A DNA stretch of 64,000 nt from Deltaproteobacteria bacterium (lineage in GTDB: Bacteria > Myxococcota > Myxococcia > SLRQ01), in contig JARGFU010000007.1 of NCBI GenBank assembly GCA_029210625.1, positions 27,742 to 91,741 on the forward strand, in the 5' to 3' direction. This document shows, one piece after another, positions 41,401 through 47,619 of the stretch (position 1 is its first letter; every line of letters begins with the position of its first letter). Below the pieces are notes generated by a model. That model ran no database searches. It saw only the letters and a list, made by a program, of their open reading frames with translations, and was not told the origin of the DNA. The position numbers and the translations under genes are program-made.

Positions 41401-44028
41401 GGTGGTGAAGGACTGCACCGTGCCCCAGTTGGTGCCGTAGGAGTTCCGGGCCAGGCCGCAGAAGTAGTAGGTGGTGCCCGGCAAGAGTCCGGTGATCGTG
41501 CGCCCGAAGGGCACCGGATCGGTGCCGGTGCCGAGATAGGTGTCCGAGACGGTCGAGGAGGGGATGCGCGTCCCGAAGCTGTCGCTGCAGGTGCCGGGGT
41601 TGGTGGTGCTGTAGCGGAAGAAGCCGTAGGCGCCGTTGCCGTTCGGATCGCCGGTGCCGTTGAGGACGACCGAGGAGGAGGTGATCGAGGTCGCCGGCTC
41701 GGTGGTCGCGACCGGCGCGTCGGCGGTGGTGAAGGTGAGCACCGCGCCGAAGGCCGTGCCCTCGGCGGAGGTGACGATGGCGCAGTAGTAGTAGAGGGTG
41801 CCGGCCGAGAGGCCGCTGACGTTCTGGTAGTAGCTGACGGCGCTGCTGCCGGAGCCGAGGTTGGAGCCCCCGGTGGCGGGCGCGCGCGAGCCGAAGGTGT
41901 CGTTGCAGGTGACCGGATCGGTCGTGCTGTAGCGGAAGTGGCCGGTGGAGGTGGCCAGGTTGGGGGTGCCGGTGCCGTTGAGCCGGGCGCTGCTGTTGGT
42001 GAGGCTGGAGGCGGGCTCGGTCGTCGCCAGGGGCGGGGTGGGCGTGGTGAAGGTGCGGACGGTGCCGAAGGCGATGCCCACCGAGTTCTGGGCGATGGCG
42101 CAGAAGTAGTAGGTCTGGCCAGCGACCAGGCCGGTGACGGCGTCGTTGAAGCTCACCGTGCTGTTGCCCGAGCCGAGGTCGTCACCGCCGGTGGTGGGGG
42201 CGCGGGTGCCGAAGGTGTCGTTGCAGCTGCCGGGGCTGCTGGTGGAGAAGCGGAACCAGCCCGAGGTCGTGGCGCCGCCGGGGTTCGCCGAGCCGTTGAG
42301 CTGCGCCGTGGTGCCGGTCAGCAGGGTGGCGCTGCTGGTGCTCACCGTCGGGAGGGCCGCCAGGGTGGTGAAGGACTGCACGCTGCCCCAGTTCGTCCCG
42401 TAGGAGTTCCGGGCCAGGGCGCAGTAGTAGTAGGTCGTGCCCGGCACGAGGCTGGTGTAGGAGCGCGAGTAGTCGACCGGGACGTCGCCGGTGCCCAGGT
42501 AGGTGTCCGAGGTGCTGGAGGTGGGCCAGCGGGAGCCGAAGGCGTCGCTGCAGGTGCCGGGGTTGGTGGAGCTGAAGCGGAAGTAGCCGTAGGTGCCGTT
42601 GAGGTTGGGCGTGGCCGAGCCCTGGAAGACCGCGCTGGTCGCCGTGATGGAGGTCGGGGGGTTGGTGGTCACGTCCGGGGCGTCGGCGGTCTTGAAGGAG
42701 ACCACGGTGCCGAAGGCCAGGCCCTCGCTGTTCTGGGCGATGGCGCAGAAGTAGTAGGTCGTGCCGGCCGAGAGCCCGCTGACGTTCTGGTAGAAGGTGA
42801 TGGACGAGGTGCCCGAGCCGAGGGCCGAGCCGCCGGTGGCCGGCGCCCGGGAGCCGAAGACGTCGTCGCAGGTGCCCGGATCGGTGAGGCCGTAGCGGAA
42901 CCACCCGGTGGCCGAGGCGCCGCTGGGGATGGCCTCGCCGTTGAGGCGGGCGCCGCTGCTGGTGAGGCTGCTCGCGGGGTTGGTGGTGACGATCGGGGCC
43001 GAGGGCGTGGTGAAGCTGCGGACGGTGCCGAAGCTCTTGCCCACGCTGTTCTGGGCGATGGCGCAGAAGTAGTAGGTCGTCGCCGAGGAGAGGCCGGTCA
43101 CGCCCACGGCGTAGCCAACCGACGAGTTGCCCGAGCCGAGGGCCGAGCCGCCGGTGGTGGGGGCGCGGGTGCCGAAGACGTCGTCGCAGGAGGCGGGGTT
43201 GGTCGTGGAGTAGCGGAACCAGCCGGTGGTCGCCGCGCCGCCCGGGTTGGCCGAGCCGTTGAGCTGGGCGGAGGTGCCGGTGACGAGGGTGGCGCTGGAG
43301 GTCGAGACCACCGGGGCGTTGGCCAGGGCGGTGAAGGAGAGCACCTCGCCGAAGGAGGTGCCGTGGGTGTTACTGGCGATGGCGCAGTAGTAGTAGGTCG
43401 AGCCCGGCTGGAGGCCGGTGATGCCGCGGGTATAGGAGACCGGGGAGTTGCCGGAGCCCAGGGCGGTGCCGCCGCTGGCCGGAGCGCGGGAGCCGAAGCT
43501 GTCGTCACAGGTGCCCGGATCGATCGTGTCGTAGCGGAACCAGCCGGTGGAGGAGGCCGCGCTGGGGTTCGCCGAGCCCTCGAGGGTGGCGGTGGTGCTG
43601 GTGATGGCCGTCGCGCCGACGGTCGTCACGGCGGGGGCGCCCGGCACCGTGAAGGAGACGATCCCTCCGAAGGCGGTGCCCGAGGCGTTGTTCACGATCG
43701 CGCAGAAGTAATAGGTGACCCCCGAGGTCAGCCCCGTCGCGAGGATCGAGTAGGGGACCGAGCCGGTGCCCGAGCCCAGATCGGTGCCGCCGGTCACCGG
43801 CACCCGGGTGCCGAAGGCGTCGGTGCAGGTGCCGGGATCGGTGGCGCTGATCCGGAACCAGCCGGTGCTCTGCTCGCCGTTCGGGTTGCCCGTGCCGTTG
43901 AGCTGGGCCGAGGACGTCGTGATCGACGTCGCCGCCGAGGTCGAGGCCGTCGGCGCGGCGGCGAGCGAAGGAACGGCAGTCAGGAGAACCACTGCGGGCA
44001 GAAGAGCCCGGGCAAGAGCACGGCGCAT
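29467..44028 (-). CDS. Giant (4853 aa) cell-surface protein with 45 FN3-like two-Cys repeats and MYXO-CTERM anchor
   Basis: GGAGG SD; signal peptide; 45 units of about 106 aa (PxVxT..A.L.G..NP....TG.FRY....PG.C.D.FG.R.P...L..GTTYY.CA.A.N..G..FG.V.SFTT); C-terminal GCNC + TM + RRRRR. Confidence 0.93.
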   Translation of the reverse strand: MRRALARALLPAVVLLTAVPSLAAAPTASTSAATSITTSSAQLNGTGNPNGEQSTGWFRISATDPGTCTDAFGTRVPVTGGTDLGSGTGSVPYSILATGLTSGVTYYFCAIVNNASGTAFGGIVSFTVPGAPAVTTVGATAITSTTATLEGSANPSAASSTGWFRYDTIDPGTCDDSFGSRAPASGGTALGSGNSPVSYTRGITGLQPGSTYYYCAIASNTHGTSFGEVLSFTALANAPVVSTSSATLVTGTSAQLNGSANPGGAATTGWFRYSTTNPASCDDVFGTRAPTTGGSALGSGNSSVGYAVGVTGLSSATTYYFCAIAQNSVGKSFGTVRSFTTPSAPIVTTNPASSLTSSGARLNGEAIPSGASATGWFRYGLTDPGTCDDVFGSRAPATGGSALGSGTSSITFYQNVSGLSAGTTYYFCAIAQNSEGLAFGTVVSFKTADAPDVTTNPPTSITATSAVFQGSATPNLNGTYGYFRFSSTNPGTCSDAFGSRWPTSSTSDTYLGTGDVPVDYSRSYTSLVPGTTYYYCALARNSYGTNWGSVQSFTTLAALPTVSTSSATLLTGTTAQLNGSANPGGATTSGWFRFSTSSPGSCNDTFGTRAPTTGGDDLGSGNSTVSFNDAVTGLVAGQTYYFCAIAQNSVGIAFGTVRTFTTPTPPLATTEPASSLTNSSARLNGTGTPNLATSTGHFRYSTTDPVTCNDTFGSRAPATGGSNLGSGSSAVSYYQNVSGLSAGTLYYYCAIVTSAEGTAFGAVLTFTTADAPVATTEPATSITSSSVVLNGTGDPNGNGAYGFFRYSTTNPGTCSDSFGTRIPSSTVSDTYLGTGTDPVPFGRTITGLLPGTTYYFCGLARNSYGTNWGTVQSFTTLADPPGVSTYSATGLTATTALLRGGVDPGGAATTAWFRYDTSSPGTCNDTFGTRAPTTGGDDVGSGTSTVSYNETISGLTAGTTYYYCAIAENSEGKTYGTIVSFTTPTPPIVTTDTITGLTNSGATLRGQADPNGSATTGWFRYALTEPTDCDDVFGSRAPTTGGTSLGSGTAAVPYSRAISGLSAGTTYYYCAIAASAEGTAFGAVMSFTTADVPAVTTEAPNSITATSVVFNGTGDPNSNGAYGFFRYSTTNPGTCSDSFGTRWPSSTSSDTYLGTGTAAVPFARTLTGLLPGNTYYYCALARNSYGTSWGTVQSFTTLAALPTVSTYSATALTGTGAQLRGGANPGGATTTAWFRYATASPGTCNDTFGTRAPTTGGDALGAGNSTVSFNENVTGLVAGTTYYYCAIAENSVGKAFGSMVSFTTPTPPLVTTDPATGITQDDATLRGTGTPNGSATTGWFRYSPTDPGTCNDTFGSRAPTSGGTNLGTGTSGVSFSQSIAGLSVGSTYYYCAIVSSAEGTAFGAVITFTTADAPTVTTEPPTSITSSSVLFNGSADPNAAGTYGYFRFSTTDPGACSDSFGTRWPSSTTSDTYLGTGSAPVFYARSYTSLLPGTTYYYCALARNSYGTSWGSVLSFTTLPDAPTATTYSAINLTGTTATLRGASDPGGAATTGWFRYSTTSPGTCNDTFGTRAPTTGGDALGAGTNNVSFSEDITGLVAGTTYYYCAIAENSVGKTFGSIVSFTTPTPPTVVTEAAGSITNSSVRLYGTGTPNGAATTGWFRYALTDPGTCNDTFGSRAPTTGGTSLGSGTSGVSFNQTISGLSAGTTYYYCAIVSSAEGTAFGTVVSVTTADAPIVTTEPPTSITSSSVVFQGTANPNNNGTYGYFRFSTSNPGVCSDVFGTRWPSSSTSDTYLGTGAGVVSFSRSRTSLQPGTTYYYCALARNSYGTSWGSVQTFTTDSVEPTVGTNSATGVSPTLATLNGYANPWGSATTGWYRYGTASPGTCNDSFGTRAPTTGGTNLGSGTSNTSFSQAITGLSPGTTYYFCAVAQNAVGISFGTVRSFTTTTPPTVVTLAATPVTSTTATLNAAITPNSYTTTGWFRYDTTDPAGCNDTFGTVSTTYSLGSGSVPVAMAQPLSGLAPATTYYFCAIAESSVGKTLGPVLSFTTPAAPPAATTLAATAIASTGATLNGTVNPNGDPTTAWFRHSTTNPGTCNDTFGTRTPATGGADLGGGNTPVPHAQAVTSLNPGTTYYFCILASSSVGNAVGEILSFTTPAAPTVTTGVASSITSSGATLAGQADPNLNGSTGYFRYDTTDPGTCDDSFGTRAPASGGASLGAGDIAVPYTQAITGLSSGTTYYFCAIASNAVGTGFGSVATFTTPATPTVTTVAASLISSSGATLNGSANPNLSSTTGWFRYSATPPASCDDTFGTRTPATGGASLGAGGSPIAFAQAISGLSSGITYYFCAIAQNATGLDFGGVLSFTTTGPPGVTTVTASAVTGTSATLEGTASPNLSPTTGYFRYSATDPGTCNDSFGTRAPASGGASLGAGSAPVPYTQSVTGLATGTTYYYCAIANNAEGTGFGVVRSFSTAAAPTVTTVAVSGVSSTGATLDGQANPQLLAATGYFRYGTIDPGTCNDSFGTRVPASGGTDLGAGGTPISFDEVLAGLSASTTYYFCAAATNAVGTAFGGVLSFTTPDAPTVSTLAATAVSASGATLQGSANPNLSGTSGYFRYASSDPGTCNDSFGTRAPASGGTALGAGSSALPYDEVLTGLASSTTYYYCAIAANAEGTSFGAVLSFTTPTLPTVTTAAATSVTSSGAVLNGSADPNLDATTGWFRYSSTDPTTCNDSFGTRTPASGGTDLGSGNSPVPYSNSLTGLASGTTYYFCAIAQSATGTGFGSVISFTTPSAPAVTTLAASAVSGTGATLEGAANPNLSASTGHFRYATTDPGTCNDTFGTRTPATGGTALGAGSSDVFYSRTLSGLSTGTTYYYCAIATNAEGTAFGGVLSFTTADAPSVSTGSATAITGSSAILSASADPNLEATTGHFRYATTDPGVCDDSFGLRAPATGGASLGSGGSPVPYTQALSGLSAGTTYYFCAIATNAVGTSFGVLQSFTTADVPVVTTDPATAVSATGATLEGTAIANRSPTTGHFRYATTSPGVCDDSFGTRVPATGGTDLGSGAAPLAYTEVLTGLASGTTYYYCAIAINAEGTALGAVLSFTTPTLPAVTTAAATSVTSTSAVLNGSANPNLDATTGYFRYSSTDPTTCNDSFGTRAPAAGGVSLGAGGSPVPYSQALTGLGAGTTYYFCAIAQSGTGNGYGAVLSFTTPAAPTVATLAATGVTSTTATLQASATPNLRAATGHFRFSTTDPGTCSDSFGTRLPAAGGTSLGSGSSPVPFSEPLTGLSTGTTYFYCAIASNSEGTGFGGVQTFTTAAAPTVLTSAVTAVTGTGATLTGSGNPNFEATTAHFRFATTDPGVCNDAFGTRVPAAGGTDLGSGGASVPFSEAITGLTTGTTYFYCAIASNTYGTGFGLVLSFTTAAPPTVTTAPATSVAATSATLEGSANPSNSATTGHFRYSTTNPGACDDSFGTRAPLTGGASLGSGSVPVPFSQSLVGLSAATTYYYCAIASNAQGTSFGAISSFSTPAAPNVVTSPATSVTGSSAVLAGSANPNLSPTTGYFRYSSTDPSVCNDSFGTRAPASGGANLGAGSANVPFTQAVSGLAAGTTYYFCAIAQNATGTDFGSVLSFTTPAAPTVASLAATAVSSTGATLEGSADPNLAAATGYFRLGTTAPGTCSDAYGTRHPSTGGEALGAGNLSVPYSLAVTGLSPATTYYFCAAAVNAEGRTFGGVQSFTTLASPSVTTLAASGVAGSTATLEGSANPNLSATTGWLRYGPVNPGACNDSFGTRTPATGGVSLGAGGTPVTYTQTLTGLVPGTTYYFCAIAQNAVGLELGQVLSFTTLAPPAVTTLAATSLSGWGATLNGSADPNASTTTGHFRYATTSPGTCNDTFGTRAPAGGGADLGAGSAPQAYAESITGLTPATTYYFCAIATNSEGPGFGTVLSFTTPAEPTVTTVAATSVTSTGAVFNGSANPNLTATTGYFRYSATDPTFCNDSFGTRMPASGGADLGNGSSAVPYSQAISGLTAGTTYYFCAIASNATGAGYGSVLSFTTPSAPTVATLPPTGVSSTGATLEGWANPNLSASTGYFRYASTAPSSCNDTFGTRAPFAGGTSLGNGGSAVQYSQGITGLTPSTTYYYCAIATNSTGPGFGTVLSFTTPASPSVTTVAATSITGSSAVLGGSANPNLAATTGHFRYDTADPVFCNDSFGTRAPAASGTALGSGSSPVPYTQGITGLQPGTTYYFYAIAQNATGTGIGSVLSFTTLEAPATTTLAATSLGHTTATLEGVANPNAGASTGYFRYDTTSPGTCNDTFGMRAPSFGGTSLGSGTSPVTFSESLVGLTAGTTYYFCAVAQNATGLGFGAVLSFTTLGSPRVTTEPADQIVATGADLHGTAEPGPLATTAWFRYGTTSPGSCDDLFGTRLPASGGTPITAGAGVTPFTETLTGLTPNTTYYFCAIAQNSDGFGFGEVRMLTTPADYPSVTTDPATGVDLSSAVLNGTANPNADLTLGWFRIDSVDPGSCDDSFGIRLPDALGHDLGAGVDPVAFSEPATGLDPGVTYYYCAIAENGLGMTFGQLESFTTGATAPDVVTDPATDVVGTSATLAGAATPNGTEATGWFRLGDTDPGTCDDAFGQRVPDTGGIALGAAFSPAPFSVNAAGLSPGTTYYYCAAASNLAGAAFGNVQSFTTADVPPLVLTLSSSSNAQQVTLAGSGNPQGFDAVGWFRYSLQEPAACDDSFGTRVPAGEGEGTILGAGNFAVQFAETLPNPGAGTYYFCAIAGSEGGTGFGEIRTFTVAEPPDVGTGRGCNCMASESDVGGGGIALAALLALLALPLRRRRR
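29585..43960 (-). repeat. Tandem array of 45 diverged ~320-bp coding repeats
   Basis: Recurring ggcgatggcgcag(a/t)agtagtaggt motif about every 320 bp on the + strand. Confidence 0.92.
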
Positions 44029-44128
44029 GGGGCAACCCCTCCGGTTGGGTGTCGAGACGACCCAACGAGTTTAGGGGATCGCGCGCGGCCCGGATACGAT
44101 CGGAGCGAGGGGGGCGGATTTCCCCCGG

Positions 44129-44148
44129 AGAGCCCGAATTCGGGCTCT
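44129..44148. promoter_or_regulatory. Perfect 20-bp palindrome (terminator hairpin or protein-binding site)
   Basis: AGAGCCCGAATTCGGGCTCT, overlapping the regulator's stop codon. Confidence 0.4.
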
Positions 44149-45544
44149 ATTCGGCAGAAGTGGGGGGCTCGTCCCCCTCGTCATCCTCCCCGTCGGACCA
44201 GGCGGAGAGCTTCCGGTAGATCGTCCGGGTGGAGAGGCCCAGGAGGCGGGCGGCGAGCTGCTTGTCGCCCCTCGTCTGCTCCAGCGTCGCGAGGATCACC
44301 GAGCGCTCGATCTCCTCGAGGGGAGCGCCGACGGGCACCACCAGCTCCCGCCGCGCACCGCCGCGCTGCTGGGCGATCTCCTCGGGCAGCTCCGGGAGAT
44401 CGATCCGGTCGCCGCGGCAGAGGACGACGGCCCGCTGCACGATGTTCTGCAGCTGCCGCACGTTCCCGGGGAAGGCGAAGCCCTCCAGGGCGTTCATCGC
44501 GGCCTCGGTGAAGCCGGCGAGGTTCTTGCCGTTCTCCGAGGCGTAGCGGGCCAGGAAGTGCTGGGCGAGCAGCGGGACGTCTCCGCTGCGCTCGCGCAGG
44601 GGCGGCAGGGTCAGGGTGATGACGTTCAGGCGGTAGAAGAGATCCTCCCGGAAGGTGCCCTGGGACACCGCCTCGGAGAGGTCCTTGTTGGTGGCGGCCA
44701 GCACCCGGACGTCGGCCCGGAGGGTCTCGCCGCCGCCGAGCCGCTCGAACTCGCCGCTCTGCAACACCCGCAGGAGCTTGGCCTGCACCGGGGCGGAGAG
44801 CTCGCCGACCTCGTCGAGGAAGAGGGTCCCGCGATCGGCCCGCTGGAAGCGTCCGGCCCGCCGCGCCGAGGCGCCGGTGTAGGCGCCCTTCTCGACGCCG
44901 AAGAGCTCCGACTCCAGCAGGGTCTCCGGGATGGCCGCGCAGTTCACGGCCACGAAGGGGCCGTCGCTGCGCTCGGAGAGGGCGTGGAGGGCCCGGGCGA
45001 TCAGCTCCTTGCCGGTGCCCGACTCGCCCTGGAGGAGGACGGTGGCGTTGGAAGGGGCGGCCTGCCGCACCAGATCGAGGGAGGCGCGGAAGGCCGGAGA
45101 CTGGCCGATGAGCCCGTCGGGGGAGGCCAGGGTCTTCAGGCGGGCCCGCAGGGTGCGGTTCTCCAGGACGAGGGCCTGGCGATCGAGGGCCTTGCGGACG
45201 GCCTTCACGATCACCATCCGCTTGAGGGGCTTGGTGACGAAGTCGTAGGCCCCCTCCTTCATCGCCTCCACCGCGGTCTCCACCGTGCCGTGGGCGGTCA
45301 TCAGGACGACCTCGATCTCCGGGGCGATGGTCCGGACGGCGCGCAGCAGCTCGGTCCCGCTCATCCCCGGCATCATCAGATCGGTGAGGACGACGTTCAC
45401 CTCTTCTGCCCGGAGCAGCTCGAGGGCCTGCGCCCCGTTGGTGGCCTTCAGGACCTCCCACTCCTCGCGGGAGAAGATCCGCTCGAGGGAGTCGAGGTTC
45501 GACTGCTCGTCGTCGACGATCAGGACCTTGGGCGGGGCGTCCAT
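44147..45544 (-). CDS. NtrC-family sigma54-dependent response regulator
   Basis: REC (VDDE, DLMMPG), [30 protein letters not shown], Fis HTH; ATG 45544. Confidence 0.95.
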   Translation of the reverse strand: MDAPPKVLIVDDEQSNLDSLERIFSREEWEVLKATNGAQALELLRAEEVNVVLTDLMMPGMSGTELLRAVRTIAPEIEVVLMTAHGTVETAVEAMKEGAYDFVTKPLKRMVIVKAVRKALDRQALVLENRTLRARLKTLASPDGLIGQSPAFRASLDLVRQAAPSNATVLLQGESGTGKELIARALHALSERSDGPFVAVNCAAIPETLLESELFGVEKGAYTGASARRAGRFQRADRGTLFLDEVGELSAPVQAKLLRVLQSGEFERLGGGETLRADVRVLAATNKDLSEAVSQGTFREDLFYRLNVITLTLPPLRERSGDVPLLAQHFLARYASENGKNLAGFTEAAMNALEGFAFPGNVRQLQNIVQRAVVLCRGDRIDLPELPEEIAQQRGGARRELVVPVGAPLEEIERSVILATLEQTRGDKQLAARLLGLSTRTIYRKLSAWSDGEDDEGDEPPTSAE

Positions 45545-45561
45545 CTCACGCTCCTCCACGC

Positions 45562-46257
45562 TTACTTCCCGACGGGGGCGTGCACGCCGAGGGTGAGGGA
45601 GGGGAAGAGGACGTGCCCGCCCGAGCCCTCCGGCAAGGGGTGATCGATCCCGCCGCTCCAGTCGGTGACATAGCGGGACAACTTCAGAGGCACCCAGGTG
45701 ATTCCGGCGCCCAGGGAGAGCCAGTCGGTGGCGAAGGCCTCGGCCCGCAGGCCGAAGGCCAGGACCAGCCCGTCCATCGCCCGATCCTCGCCGATCACGC
45801 CGTAGCCGGCGCCCAGGTGGATCGACGCGTCCCACCAGCGGCGGGCGGTGGGGGAGAGCACCTCCAGCGCCTCCAGGAGGGCCGCCGGGTGCCAGCCCAG
45901 CTCGAGGGTGGCCAGGCCGGCGCCGCCCCGCTGGGAGCTGCCGAGGTCCCAGCCGTGGCCGCGCAGCTGCAGCAGGATGCTGGCGTGGCCCCGGATGTTG
46001 TAGCCGATGCCCAGGCCGAGCCCGAGGCTGTTCTCGGTCTGCTGCACCAGGAGGGGATCGACGAAGGGGCGCTCGAAGACCGGCACCTGATCCGCGATCC
46101 GGGGACCGTCCAGGGTCCAGGCGGAGTAGCCCGGCTCGAGGCGGATGGTCAGCCCCTCCTCCAGCCGGCGCTGGGGCTCGACCGGGGCGCCGTCCGCCCG
46201 GGCGAGGGCGGGCAGCAGGAGGAGGGCGAGGAGGGGGAGGGTGAGGCGGTGCGGCAT
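45562..46257 (-). CDS. Putative outer-membrane beta-barrel protein
   Basis: Signal peptide (ARA|DG); amphipathic beta strands. Confidence 0.65.
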   Translation of the reverse strand: MPHRLTLPLLALLLLPALARADGAPVEPQRRLEEGLTIRLEPGYSAWTLDGPRIADQVPVFERPFVDPLLVQQTENSLGLGLGIGYNIRGHASILLQLRGHGWDLGSSQRGGAGLATLELGWHPAALLEALEVLSPTARRWWDASIHLGAGYGVIGEDRAMDGLVLAFGLRAEAFATDWLSLGAGITWVPLKLSRYVTDWSGGIDHPLPEGSGGHVLFPSLTLGVHAPVGK

Positions 46258-46363
46258 GGGAGGCGCGTACCAGAGGAAGGCGTCGCTGTCAGCCACCCGC
46301 AAGTGCCTAGGTTGATGGCATGGAGCGAGGGGCTCCGGGCCCCTCGCGAAAAGGAGGCGCACG

Positions 46364-47074
46364 ATGATCCGCAGAGGTCCCGGTCATCTCGATCATCTGA
46401 TCGACCGCCACGTGGCGCTGTTGGATGTCCAGAAGCGAGTCCAGTCCGAGAAGGCCGGAGAGCGCGCTGCCCAGGCCGCCCCCGAAGAGGGGCACTGGTT
46501 GACCGTCTCGATGGGGATGGGGGTGCAGGGCGAGGCGATCGGCCGGGCGGTGGGTGAGCGCCTCGGCTGGCGGGTCTTCGATCGCGAGCTCCTCGACGTG
46601 ATCGCCCGGACCGAGCACACCCGCGAGCGACTGCTCGCCCGCCTCGACGAGCGAGCGGTGGGCAAGCTCGAGGAGTTCTTCTCCCGCTTCCTGATGCCCC
46701 GGGAGCCGAGCCGCTCCATCCTGGTCAACGACCTGATGCAGGTGATCTGGGCCCTGGGCCGGGAGGGCTCGGTGGTCCTCCTCGGGCGTGGCGCGAACTT
46801 CGTCCTCGCCGGCACCGGCGGCCTGCGGGTGCGGCTGGTCGCCACGCTGGAGGAGCGCGTCGCGCGGGTCGCCGAGGAGGAGAAGCTCTCGAGCGCCGAA
46901 GCCAAGGCCAAGATCCTCGCGGACGACACCCGCCGGGAGGGGTTCCTCCGGCAGACCTACGGCCGCGCGATCAACGATCCCCGAGCCTACGACCTCATCC
47001 TGAACACCGGCACGCTGGGGGTGGAGCGGTCGGTGGAGCTGATCCTCACCGCCCTGGGCGAGGAAGAGGTCTAG
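46364..47074 (+). CDS. Cytidylate kinase-like family protein
   Basis: TVSMGMG, LGWRVFDRELL, VLLGRGA, YDLILNT. Confidence 0.85.
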   Translation: MIRRGPGHLDHLIDRHVALLDVQKRVQSEKAGERAAQAAPEEGHWLTVSMGMGVQGEAIGRAVGERLGWRVFDRELLDVIARTEHTRERLLARLDERAVGKLEEFFSRFLMPREPSRSILVNDLMQVIWALGREGSVVLLGRGANFVLAGTGGLRVRLVATLEERVARVAEEEKLSSAEAKAKILADDTRREGFLRQTYGRAINDPRAYDLILNTGTLGVERSVELILTALGEEEV

Positions 47075-47514
47075 TGCCGCCAGTCGGCGCGCACGAGCTT
47101 CCAGTCCTCACCCTCGAGGGTGAAGCCGAAGTCGAGCTCGATGCTGTCGGCGCTCGCGGGGACGATCGTCTCGCCGCGGGCGAGCAGGGCCTTCGTCTGC
47201 ACGTCGGCCTGGGTCGAGCTCTCCAGGGTGATCTGCCGCTCGGTGAGGAGCACCTGGGTCCAGCGGCCCTGGCGCAGCTGCACGAAGAGCATCCCCTTGA
47301 GCTGGTCCCGGGTCATGCCTCGCCCTTTGAAGGACTCGGAGACGTGCTCCATGATCCCGCCCAGGTCCTGCTCCCGCGTCGCCTGCACCATCTCGTCGAG
47401 CACCGCCGAGATCGCCTCCTCCGGCGTCTTGGGCTCGTCCGAGGAGAAGAGGAAGAGCCCCGCCGCGACGAGGCAGGAGCCCAGGACCAGCAGAACCAGC
47501 GTGCGGACCGACAT
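47071..47514 (-). CDS. Membrane-anchored NTF2/SnoaL-like protein
   Basis: N-terminal TM; helical start, then strands ending EGEDWKL. Confidence 0.65.
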   Translation of the reverse strand: MSVRTLVLLVLGSCLVAAGLFLFSSDEPKTPEEAISAVLDEMVQATREQDLGGIMEHVSESFKGRGMTRDQLKGMLFVQLRQGRWTQVLLTERQITLESSTQADVQTKALLARGETIVPASADSIELDFGFTLEGEDWKLVRADWRH

Positions 47515-47555
47515 CCCCCGAGTCTACCCACTCGCAGCTCATAGCTCGAAGCCAA

Positions 47556-47588
47556 TCGAGCCGCCACCGGCGGACTGCGGCGGCTCGA
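47556..47588 (-). terminator. Hairpin after the TPR gene
   Basis: TCGAGCCGCC...GGCGGCTCGA. Confidence 0.4.
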
Positions 47589-47619
47589 GAGCAGAGCGAG
47601 TCGATGTGCGTCGCCGGGG

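Noticed and set aside
29585-43960. Regularly spaced conserved DNA motifs resembling a CRISPR-like array
   Set aside because: Period about 320 bp, in frame, with synonymous variation: these are protein repeats. No cas genes are present.
44029-44146. Sigma54 promoter for the giant gene driven by the adjacent NtrC regulator
   Set aside because: No TGGCAC-N5-TTGC-like -24/-12 element is visible in the intergenic region.
29317-44511. 5064-aa ORF on the + strand antisense to the giant gene
   Set aside because: Shadow frame: high-GC3 codon usage leaves few antisense stops. The product is G/A/R/V low-complexity with no signal or domain.
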